In this document: piece by piece, positions 49,875 to 60,046 of the stretch | Layout of the letters: each line of letters opens with the position of its first letter | Position numbering within the stretch: the first letter of the stretch is position 1 | From: Phoronis australis | Lineage: Eukaryota > Animalia > Phoronida | Reading direction: 5' to 3' | DNA: 64,000 nt | Assembly: GCA_002633005.1 (NCBI GenBank) | Contig: NMRA01000246.1 | Coordinates: forward strand, 140,793 to 204,792 | Notes under the pieces: model-generated | What the model was told of the DNA's origin: nothing | The model's database searches: none | The model's input: the letters and a program-made list of their open reading frames with translations, nothing else | Position numbers and translations under genes: made by a program

Positions 49875-51752
49875 TCATGAGACGCTCGTGTCGTTTCGGT
49901 TGCTATCAGCGGTGAGTGCAATTACAGCGTCATTAACGGTCACGTGGATAGAAGAATTGTCGCTAAATTTGGTGAAGAAGTCGTTTCGTCCAAGAGCATC
50001 CAACACGCCGTTACCACACCCCGCAAGAACAAATTCAACGCCCATCTTTGCGTATTTCTGCTTCATAAGTGTAATAACAGAGACGCCGGCACTGTCAATG
50101 AAATGGACAGAAGAACAGCTCAAAATAATAGCGCGGATGGGATCGTCTGCATTGCAGCTGACTTCCGACTTCGAACCATTTCCGGTGTCCCCACTCTGAA
50201 TGGCCACATTTTGAGTGCCGTCTCTCGACGTTTTATCATCCGAGGAAGCACTCTCGTAAACAGTTTCGCTTGCAATACAGGGACAATCAGGATTAAGGAT
50301 CTTGTTATAAATTTTGTTTTTTAAGAACTCGGCATTTGAAAAACAAATAGGAGCTTCTGTGTGGTAAATTCGAATTCCAGGAATGCTTGATGATTTCTCA
50401 AAATGTTGCTCACGGACGTAAATATCCGATTCACCGACGCGCTCAAGAAGGTATCCAGAACTCAGTTGCGTACGCAACACAACAGTAAGTAAAGAAACAC
50501 CTACGCCAACAACAAGACCGAGAGTTATATCCAGAAAGACGACAGAAATCCACGTCAGTAACCAAATAAAGAAATCGTATTTGTCCTTCCTCCAATAAAG
50601 AGACAGTTGTTTTAATTGTAGGAACATTCCTTTTAAGCTTACGATGATCAACACAGCCAGCACAGCCTTGGGCAAGGAGAACAGCAAAGGACCCATAAAC
50701 AACATCACCATGAGTACCAGGATGGATGAAAATATGTTTGCCAACTGAGTCTTTCCACTGCTACACTCGAACAACATACACCTAGGTGGCGCTGTAGCAC
50801 CAGCAAAACACTGGAAGAAACTGCTGAAGAAATGGGCGATACCATAGCCAAGTATCTCTTGGTTGGTGTCGATGGTGTACTCATATCTTTTTGTGAACAC
50901 CTTTGCCAATGATATCGAAATTACTAAGCTTATTATCGCAGTAATAAGCGCATCGATGACATACTCCCCTGCTCTATCCATTGGAGGAATTGTTGGTGCA
51001 GGAAAACCCATGGGTATGTCCCCAACTACAGCGATTTCAAAGTGTCTTTTAAATTCGCAGAAATGGGACACAACAGTCGCCACGATCACAACGAGAATTT
51101 CGACAGGAATTGGAACGCGCATTTTGGTTTTGAACCTTTCATTTATACATTCTTTGAAAAAGATCAACACTATCGCGGTGATGATGCTTATTACTACGCT
51201 TGCCACATTCGTTTGGGTGATTCTGGAAAACACAGCGACGTATTTATACACAATGTTAAGGGCACCGACATAACTGGGTATTTTAACACCAAAAATCGAA
51301 GGAACTTGGCTAGTTGCGATGTGGAACGCACCCGTGGTGAATCCGCCGACGAATGCGTCCGACAAATAAACTATAACAACTCCAAGACGAAGAATACCAA
51401 TTCCAATTTGAAATGCCCCAACAAGAAGAGTAACAGATGTAGCTACACCAACGGATAATTGAGTGATTTCCAAAGAATCGTCTGCTAGCGTGTGGTTTCC
51501 CGCGAAATTGCTCTTGAAGTGAGTAACTTCACGCTCCACAGCAGCGCCAATGAGAATACTGATCAAAGCCATAGTACCAATTGTAATATGTCGGGATGTA
51601 CCGAAGAACATGTACAAAAGAATAGGAAAGAACGAAGAGTAGATACCGTACACAGGAGGCACGCCAGTTAAAAGCGCGAACGCCATTCCTTGCGGAATAT
51701 GCAAGATGGCAACCGACAAGCCTGCAATGACGTCATTGAGCAGCCATTGCTT
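49875..51752 (-). CDS. SLC26/SulP anion transporter (prestin/SLC26A5-like) with STAS domain; 5'-partial at N gap 51754
   Basis: 626 open codons; DVIAGLSVAILHIPQGMAFALL, YGIYSSFFP, FFGTSRHITIG, DTNQE, GKTQLA, STAS motifs PICFSN and VHFIDSAG; AATAAA at 49794-49799 on -. Confidence 0.95.
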   Translation of the reverse strand, partial: KQWLLNDVIAGLSVAILHIPQGMAFALLTGVPPVYGIYSSFFPILLYMFFGTSRHITIGTMALISILIGAAVEREVTHFKSNFAGNHTLADDSLEITQLSVGVATSVTLLVGAFQIGIGILRLGVVIVYLSDAFVGGFTTGAFHIATSQVPSIFGVKIPSYVGALNIVYKYVAVFSRITQTNVASVVISIITAIVLIFFKECINERFKTKMRVPIPVEILVVIVATVVSHFCEFKRHFEIAVVGDIPMGFPAPTIPPMDRAGEYVIDALITAIISLVISISLAKVFTKRYEYTIDTNQEILGYGIAHFFSSFFQCFAGATAPPRCMLFECSSGKTQLANIFSSILVLMVMLFMGPLLFSLPKAVLAVLIIVSLKGMFLQLKQLSLYWRKDKYDFFIWLLTWISVVFLDITLGLVVGVGVSLLTVVLRTQLSSGYLLERVGESDIYVREQHFEKSSSIPGIRIYHTEAPICFSNAEFLKNKIYNKILNPDCPCIASETVYESASSDDKTSRDGTQNVAIQSGDTGNGSKSEVSCNADDPIRAIILSCSSVHFIDSAGVSVITLMKQKYAKMGVEFVLAGCGNGVLDALGRNDFFTKFSDNSSIHVTVNDAVIALTADSNRNDTSVS

Positions 51753-51754
51753 CN

Positions 51755-51772
51755 CACACACACACACACACA
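51755..51772. repeat. (CA)n microsatellite at contig end next to N gap
   Basis: cacacacacacacacaca. Confidence 0.9.
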
Positions 51773-52784
51773 CGTGCAAGCACGTGCGCTAGCACACGCA
51801 TGCATGTTTGGTGTCAAAAGGCTACAAGAGATTAAAATTTGCCAAATGACTACACATGGAAAGACTGTATTTGCCGCTAAACTCCAAACCTAATATAAAT
51901 AGGAATGCAATTTTCTTGTTAAAAAGTATGAAATTTCACTGTCGATATTGGCTACTTGTCTGGTTGCTGCATATTTAAATTAAAGTAAAATCGGTTTTCC
52001 TTATTGTTCGGGGTGACGGGAACTTAAAAGCACTAAAATTGCCAAAATGCCACTAGAAGGCTCAGCGGTAGTTGGATCCGTACGAAAGTCGTTGTCATCT
52101 GTTGTCACATTCAAAAAATCGCTTGCCAGTTTCACAAAGATTTTGCAAGGGACTTTGTAGACACAGTCGTTTATGGCGGTCTTGTTATTCAATTGTTCCT
52201 GAATGAATCACACTTCTGATTTCGCGATAAATCTAAAATAGCTGTGTCACGAGGCTCCAGATTGAGACAAGTACGGATTTTATGATCTTTTCTTCAGAAT
52301 TAGCCTGCTTCTTTGTGACATGTTTTGACACCATAAGAACTACTGAAACCAGAAGCAACTAGGTCATTAACGAGGTACATCCGCGGAAGCAAAAAACGTA
52401 ACCAGGGGTGCGTCACAATAGTCGGACTCGTCCCAAAATCCTTCTTCTCGCCAGGAATACACGTACATCAGTCAAGTTTCAGAATGATCCTTAAGGCAGT
52501 TTAATGAATAGAGAGGCGGACGCCAGAAAAAAAAACGGACACGGAAATAATAAAACGGGCATTTGGAGGCGCAGATTACGTAATCCGTCCGAAAGTAAAA
52601 AGGTGTCGTCGTCTCCATAGCAGAATATTTTTTTGTCAAATTTCCTGAAATTTCATCCAGAAACTTGAAAGATACAGAGGCAGAAGTGAATAAATAAACT
52701 TGCCACGGAGGTTGTTGGATTTGTCCAAAACTCATCACCGTCTGTCGTCGGTTTCACAGGAGCACGTTCGGCAAATCTCATTAA

Positions 52785-53484
52785 GGTTATCAGGACCTTA
52801 ATAAACGGCGTCAACTCTAAGTAAAAAAATATCGAAAAATTATGCTTTGTCAACCATTAAAAGTATATACCTGTATTTACTGAAAGGAAAAAGATTGATG
52901 ACTCTAAAATATGCTTCTTTCAATTGTGTCTTTATCATTGTCATGTGACCACGTTTTTTAAATCAAATTTTCATGTGCAGAAAAGGTACATTCATTGCAA
53001 AATAACCCCCGCCGATTTTACTAAAACTTTTTTTAAATGAACACTTTGCATTATGTCTTGAAAAACGCTGTTAGAATTGTTGAATTATTCAGTTAGTTCT
53101 CGTTTTATGCCAAACTAATTCGCAAACAAGGCAATTTTATAAAAAATAGTGCCTTATTCGTGTATCGTTCTGTACGCTAAAACTAAGCATTTTAAAGCAA
53201 AATCCTAACAGCTTTTACGAGACTTGACGTAAAGTTTTCATTTAAAAAAGTTTTAATAAAATCGACAAGGGGGGTTATTATTTACGAATGTGCCTTTCTT
53301 GCTCATGAAAATTAGACTTAAACGTGGTCACGTGACAATAGTAAAGACACAGTAGTAAGAAGCATGTTTTTAGAATCCTCGATCTTTTCCTTTCAGAAAA
53401 TATGATAATTTTAATGGCTGGCAAAGCATAGTTTTTCGATATTTGACTTAGAGTTGAGGTCTTTTATAAAGATCTTAGATAACC
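52785..53484. mobile_element. 700-bp long-TIR foldback MITE with TTAA TSD (Kolobok-like)
   Basis: ttaa GGTTATC...GATAACC ttaa; arms remain imperfectly complementary for roughly 300 bp; GG terminus rather than piggyBac CC. Confidence 0.85.
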
Positions 53485-53799
53485 TTAAGATCCTGCATGG
53501 ATTTTAGGAGATGCAACAGCAGACGCAAGACCGCCACCGGGAGGGCTAGACATAGGTGACAACATTATTGTATACCAACATAATGTGCAAAATTGGCCTC
53601 AACTTGTTACTAAATAAGACGAGAAGTGATTTCTGCGTTGACAAAAAAGATCCTCGGTGATTCAATAATCTGCTGTCTCTATAGCTGGCTCTCTATAAAA
53701 TAACACTGTCACTGCTGATTCTGTAACTGCAATCCACCCAGCTGTAACAATAACTTTGATTCAACTTCAACTTAAGTAACCCGTACCTGGATGATCATG

Positions 53800-55090
53800 C
53801 ACTCTTACAATGGTTCTCCAACAAATCGCCAATTCAAGCACATTTTACGCAATACTTCTGTAAACATATATTAGGCTCTACAATGTTCCTGACTGCGGTT
53901 CAGACTGCGATTTAATCACTTATAAGCTGGAATATACTAGAATGCTCTGTACTACTCTATTAAATTACATCCCTAGTCTGACCTCATGGGTCATGTCAAT
54001 CAAGTGCTATCTTCTCATAAACAACTAGAACAGTGAAATAAAGCCTATAGAACTAAAACCAATGCCAGTCTTCTCCTGACACATTCAATTTCTATAACGT
54101 TATTTTCATATTTTAAGGTCATCGGTTCGGGCAGATCAATACGAGTGTACTGAAAATGTTTTTCCTTCAAGCCATATTTTTCTAGGTATATAATTTAAAA
54201 TCGCTATATTTCAAGGCCCCTATCCAAATACACTCAGTTGTTTCCATATTGGGTTCTAAACCAGAAAGCGTAAAGAATTGGTCTACGAAACTAAGGGTTT
54301 CTGTCAAACAATCAGTGGAACCATCAAGAGTTGACATTGTGTCGTCAGCAAATTGCCATATTTCTATCCGTTCCCAGCACCAATACCAACGATTTCCCTA
54401 TTCGAACGCACTATTATCACCATTAATCTCTGAAGAGAGTTTGGATTACCCTGTCGGCAAAACCGACCAATTTAATTGTTGAACAACATTATCATCAATA
54501 ACTAAAACATTCAAATTATCATCTTTACCTTCGTACAGCAAATTATAAATACTGTTCATTTCCAATAACAATTGAGCCAAGTCTGTAATTGTTTCTCCTT
54601 TCTATCAATCAATTTGGATAAAGTGTTGTTAATAATTTTTTGAAGATAAAAATTTCGATGGTTTCTCATCAGGCTCAATACATCGTGCTCGAGTTCTAAG
54701 CATTGATCTTTTCATAACATATTCACATACGGTATATTGCATTATTCTTTTGAACAATGTTCAGGAATTTCTTCAAAACGGGTGACTGTTTCAAATAGCA
54801 TGCTAATTTACATTTCTAAACTGTTCATGCAGCTATGGGTCTCTCTTTTTTGGTTTTACTGAACTAAATAATTAAAGTTATTGCGAATATTGAGCAGGAG
54901 CATATAAAAAAACAAAGAATCGTCTATGCTTAATTTCAATTCGTTATCTGGATTCAAAGAAATTGCATCTATGCCATAAAGCACGGCAGCATATCCTAAT
55001 TTGGTTTCCTTGTAATCATTTTCAGCTGACCTCACATGATGGGTATCTCTAAGTAGAGAGTTGTTAAATCGTCAAAGGTTCGGACCTCTA
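53800..55090 (-). mobile_element. Decayed, internally deleted Tx1/L1-clade LINE
   Basis: RFNNSLLRD, RTRARCIEPDEKPSKF, QFADDTMSTLDGS...SGLEPN...CIWIG; ends approximate. Confidence 0.8.
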
Positions 55091-57359
55091 GAAAAGTGTA
55101 TAAGTTAACTCTTAACCCAAGTGCAACGGAGAAATTGTCGAAACAGGAACTACCCAAATCGCAATATTCCGATTCGGACCGGATACTGATACGGGCCTGG
55201 ACAGGCGCACTTCAACGACCCGCTTTTCTCTTGTTTATTTCTGTGGCAAACGTAACCCAGTCTCTCAACAACTTCTAACATCGTCCGTGGTGTGAGCTGG
55301 TCTGACGGGAGTAAACTACCTCGCAGAGAATTATAGTCAACTAGGTTGAGCTGTCTCAAACAAGCAATGTGAACTCAATGTTTACATTATTTTCATATTG
55401 CACGAATCTCCCCTACTTCATTATTAACATTAAACAATTTTTCAGCGAATCATTTGTCGTGTCAAATAATTTCTCACGTGACCTGAAATGTGTTACGACC
55501 AGACTGGTTAATTACACCTAGTACGTATTTTTTGATATTATATGGGCGAAGTAGTGCAAAGTAGAATTCCATACGCCTTACATTTCATCTCCTCCAAAAC
55601 ACTAATACCAACAACCAAACGCGCACCAACCAAACACCAGTGGCGGATTTAGAGGGGAGGGGGGCAAGGGGCTATGCTCCCCCTAAACATCCTGGCTAAT
55701 ACTGTGCCCTGTGCCCAACTCGCCCCTGCACACTGTCGGAATTTCGTGAAAATGACAAGCTTTTGATTGACAAATCGGGTGTCGCAACTGTATGGATTCC
55801 CAGTTGGAAGCAGACGCAAACACAACTTCATTTAAACGGGCCCATCTTTGGCGGCGAATTCTATATCCACGTTCATTCAAACGCGGTGAGACTAATGCTC
55901 ATTGGTTGAGACCAATGCTCATTGGGTGTGTCCAAGGAGTGTATTACACTCTTTGGTGATGCTGTCTAGCTGTGCAGTCCCAAGGTCAATTCGGTGCTCA
56001 CGAGCTGACTGTTATTAATAAACGTTTGTTAAGTTTTAATATAACAACATCAAAGACTATTTATTAGATTCTAACTTGAACATTTGTTACGAAAGCTGAA
56101 TGCAATTTACAATTGTTAAGTTTAAAACAAGACTGTTAACAAAAAGTAACTGAATTTACTTTACATTGCGCAAGAGTGTTTTTGTAAAGTTGCGTCATGT
56201 GCCGGTTGAAAGTTTCAGACACGTCGAATTTTTCGGTGAAAAAGAACATTTTTACGGTTCATGTGAGAAAACAAAGCCTCGGGATTTTGGCGAAATTTCC
56301 AAGAGATTTTGCCCCTGTCAAAAACCTGAGACTCGTGTATGATTCTCTATATAATGGGAGTTCTTTGAGACTTGACACTGACAAGTTTGTTTTTTTTTTC
56401 AAGTTGTAAAAGCCGCGGACGACGCCGGGAAGAACGAGTTTGTAAACTACGTCACCTATCTTATATTGCCCCGCTAAATGTCGCGGGTGTAAAAAGTTAT
56501 TGAGAGACTGGGGCGCGTTTGCATTTCCGTGTTCTGGTTGTGTAGTCTCACTCGCACCGGCCAAATAGCAGTGGACCAGTGCAATTCAATTCTGGACGAG
56601 CTCAGGAAACATCTACTGTTTTCCGTCACATCCCTTACAAGTCTCTAAGTTTTCTGTGGTGTCATCCCAAGTTTACTAGCTGAAAAGCGTCCCATAATGC
56701 ATTAGAAAAATGATAGCATCCCCACAGATGAAGTACTTCGTATTGAAGTAAACGTTGACGAATTTGATCTCGGCATCTTCAGTTGTATGCATGTAGCGGT
56801 TGACGAACTTGCATTGAATTTGCTCTTGAACGTGACATTTCCACAATGTTGTCTTCTTCATTCTGAAGGGACACCTTGTGAGCCAAATGCACCGTAAACC
56901 TTTCGCTGCGATAAGCTGAAACTATGAACAAGCCATACCCACTACATGTCCATTACAAAAGTAGGCCATCTTGCTGGAAGTGTGAAGCAGGGGCACAGGC
57001 ATGGTTTAAAGGCGCAGGGTCAAATACAGGTCTCCTAACCCATATGGACTTCAATTCAATTCAAGTCCACAAGGCAACATACATCACGTAGCCAGTTGAA
57101 CACCGTATGCAGCCAGTTGGAAGGTGTCTATATGTTTATGACTCTTGTAACCTGTTGATACCTTTTTCGCAAACACACACACGGCACTTCCACACACACA
57201 GTGACGAATACACCGTGACGCTAGGGAGATTGTGGGCATATGGGTGCTCATTAGTCAAAAATGCCATTGACTTACTGGCCACGCAAATATGCCATCGGAT
57301 GTGAAGACAGCCGCGTGTGTTGATGTGCCCAGGCACATTATAAGAACATTAACACTCAC

Positions 57360-57399
57360 GTTTGTCGTCTTGTCCGGTTTTCGTCATGTCTTCAAATCC
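57360..57399 (-). CDS. Candidate 40-nt exon (GFEDMTKTGQDDK)
   Basis: tttgttttacacag acceptor, gtgagt donor; in phase with 59610-59747. Confidence 0.3.
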
Positions 57400-58379
57400 C
57401 TGTGTAAAACAAATGGTTATTAATTACCATATATGCCAGAAACACAGATTCCTTATGAACTAACATTAACTGCGAGCATGAGGTATGCAGTAATCAAATT
57501 GAATCCCTGAGAGGAGTTGCAGCTGGGGGAAGACACGGTTAAAAAAAATCGACGATCCAGCCTGACCTCTGGCGGTTGTTACTTGTATTTTTTATTGACT
57601 AGTCGACACTGTCGCTTATCACCAGTAGTTTGCAACTTTGTGCAGGGATTATTTGTCAAGATTAATCGTCAGTATGTCCATGACGCAGTTATCGAATATG
57701 TTATAGGGAAATTATACCAATTTATGTTTAGTTTCATGGGCGTTATATAAATACCTTCTTTTTTAACGATAACGTAGATGAATGTATGCATCTTCTTAAT
57801 CCTACGTAAAATGATTTGGAAGTACTAAGTGTCAGACAAGTGACTGTTCGTTGTTGGCTGTCTTGAAATTTCGAATGTCGTTTTTCAAATTGTGTAGATC
57901 AACACGAAAATAGGCATGTTTGTCATTTTCTTCAGTCATGGAAAACGTGTCATGGACATCTCTACTATAAAAAATCCAAAATATTCATTGATAAGATGGA
58001 TAGGCTATAAAATATCACATTATTTTTCATATTGATCGGGAACGGTATATATGTTCTTTAAGTTAATTTTCAAGCTAAAAAGACACTGTTCAAGAAGATC
58101 TCTGTGGTTCCCAACAGTTGTTAGCATTTCAACGTCAGGGCCGATTTTATTAAGGATTCAGACAATGGAAACTCGGTGAGTTGATAATGAATTTCTAAAA
58201 GTTATTGAGTAACATGAGATACTCACGAAAATTGACAATATTGTCATCTCCCGCTGTGACTGTCAATGAAACATTTGGTCTCTCTGGTTACGTTAAGTGC
58301 GGAGATTTTTACTGTCCAACTTCAGTGATAAATCAGTGGTTTTCAATTGTAGTGACATTTTATGGATATAATGGAACAT

Positions 58380-59100
58380 AAAATACTGCTCCATTTGCAA
58401 CAGGCATATGTATACTTTCCCACTCATGTTATGATGTGAACTACTCCCCAATAAGAGCTAACATATTCCTATCTCTTTAACAAACCAAACCAACTACTTT
58501 GGCTTCATACGACCTCCTAGTGTGACCTCTGCGAGGACACCAAGATGCAGATGATTCCAATCTATTCTGAGCTACGGCACACCGTTCTATTTTGAATTCC
58601 TTGAATATGCGCTCTAGTTTTTCAAAGACTCCATGGAGTATGTATGGAATCTACACAGTTTCTTGTGTATGGTCCTCATATACATTCTCCTTTCTTTATG
58701 ATGTTACTGCCGATTCGGTGAATCTTTCTGTGTGAACACCCATTTTGAAAGTTTGTACAATGTTGTCCATCTCAATTTGGAGTACTGTTCCGAATTTATT
58801 TCATAATCTATAGCCGAGGGAAAACGTGTGCTAGATTTTGATTGCTAATATTTTCGTTGTTTGAGAGAGTAAATCGAACATTTCTTAACAAATCATTTAT
58901 GTAGCGATGACCAAGAGTGACAGTTATTTTGTCCGACGTATTCGCATGACTTTCAATTCACTGACGAGGTTATCATCGGTATAAGTTATTAATTATATTT
59001 CAGTATCACGATTGCATAATTGTTCATCATGATTAGATGGGGGCATTTAACGAAACTTGGCAACGATTTCCTAAAAGCGTCATAGTAAACAGCTGCTTGT
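58380..59100 (-). mobile_element. Highly decayed Penelope-like retroelement remnant
   Basis: YTDD (cf. YVDD) near 58975 and IPY..HGV / KKLERIFKEFKI near 58600-58650 across a frameshift. Confidence 0.45.
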
Positions 59101-59609
59101 CCATTCCAGTTAACACCAAGAGCGGTCTAATGCAGGCACAAAATAATTCGCCAGCGAGCAAAACGTGTTTCCCAGAAAAACAACCTATCCGGAACTTCCA
59201 CTGCGTATAATAAGCCGTTTTGTGTGCCGGGCTCTATACTATAGCCTACCTGGTGATCTGACAAGCGTAAACGCCCCCCACGCGTAAATTGCCCTTTTGA
59301 CGTCTGCATCCAAAAACTAAGTTAACAAAAATCGCGTTCGTTTATCTAGATAATTATTCTTCATGCAACCAGGCGCTTGTGAGTGACTTCAAGTACATAG
59401 AACCAAAGTTTATCAATTGCCCCTTCGACTGTAGTCAGTATGTCTCGGGCGTTTACACAGACTTTTTGTGCTCCTGGCATGTGCACTGGGAATTCCAAAG
59501 GACTATTGCATTCAGCAATAAGAGCGCACTTTTCAATGGACCCTGGGCAGAATAACACCTTCTGTTCTTACGAAATGAAATCAACACACTGAGTAGGCAA
59601 AAGACTTAC

Positions 59610-59747
59610 TGGTTGGTGTATCTCTTCCGTTTTCGTCCTTAAACCTGTCGAGTCGCAGTTTGTAGACTGGTCGTCAGGTTTGATACCACGAGCATGCGTT
59701 TCTGGGAACTCTTGATCGGCAGTACTATTCAAATCGACAACTCCTTC
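59610..59747 (-). CDS. Candidate isolated exon of unknown gene (EGVVDLNSTADQEFPETHARG...EEIHQP)
   Basis: ctgattacag acceptor, gtaagt donor, 138 nt open; no recognisable homology. Confidence 0.4.
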
Positions 59748-59760
59748 CTGTAATCAGAAC

Positions 59761-60046
59761 GATATATGTTATGAATATGTATATGTATATGTTATGAATA
59801 TGTATGTGTATATTTATATGTAAACGTATGTATATTTATATGTATATGTAAAAGTATGTATATTTACATGTATATGTAAAAATATGTACATGTATATTTA
59901 CATGTATATGTAAAAGTATGTACATGTATATTTACATGTATATGTAAAAGTATGTATATTTACATGTATATGTAAAAGTATGTATATTTACATGTATATG
60001 TAAAAGTATGTATATTTACATGTATATGTAAAAGTATGTGTATTTA
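59761..60046. repeat. AT-rich minisatellite, about 28-bp unit
   Basis: ATGTATATTTACATGTATATGTAAAAGT repeated with variants. Confidence 0.9.

Noticed and set aside
51754-51779. N-terminus MHVCVCVCX of the 634-aa ORF
   Set aside because: It is a translation of a (TG)n microsatellite across the N gap, not a real start.
52000-52780. Repeated peptide-like motifs (TTDDNDFRTDPTT, TTDGDEFWTNPTT) suggesting exons
   Set aside because: One related unit has a stop and splice sites are inconsistent; more likely degenerate non-coding repeat units.
59761-60046. CRISPR-like repeat array
   Set aside because: Contiguous repeats with no unique spacers, in a eukaryotic context; a minisatellite.
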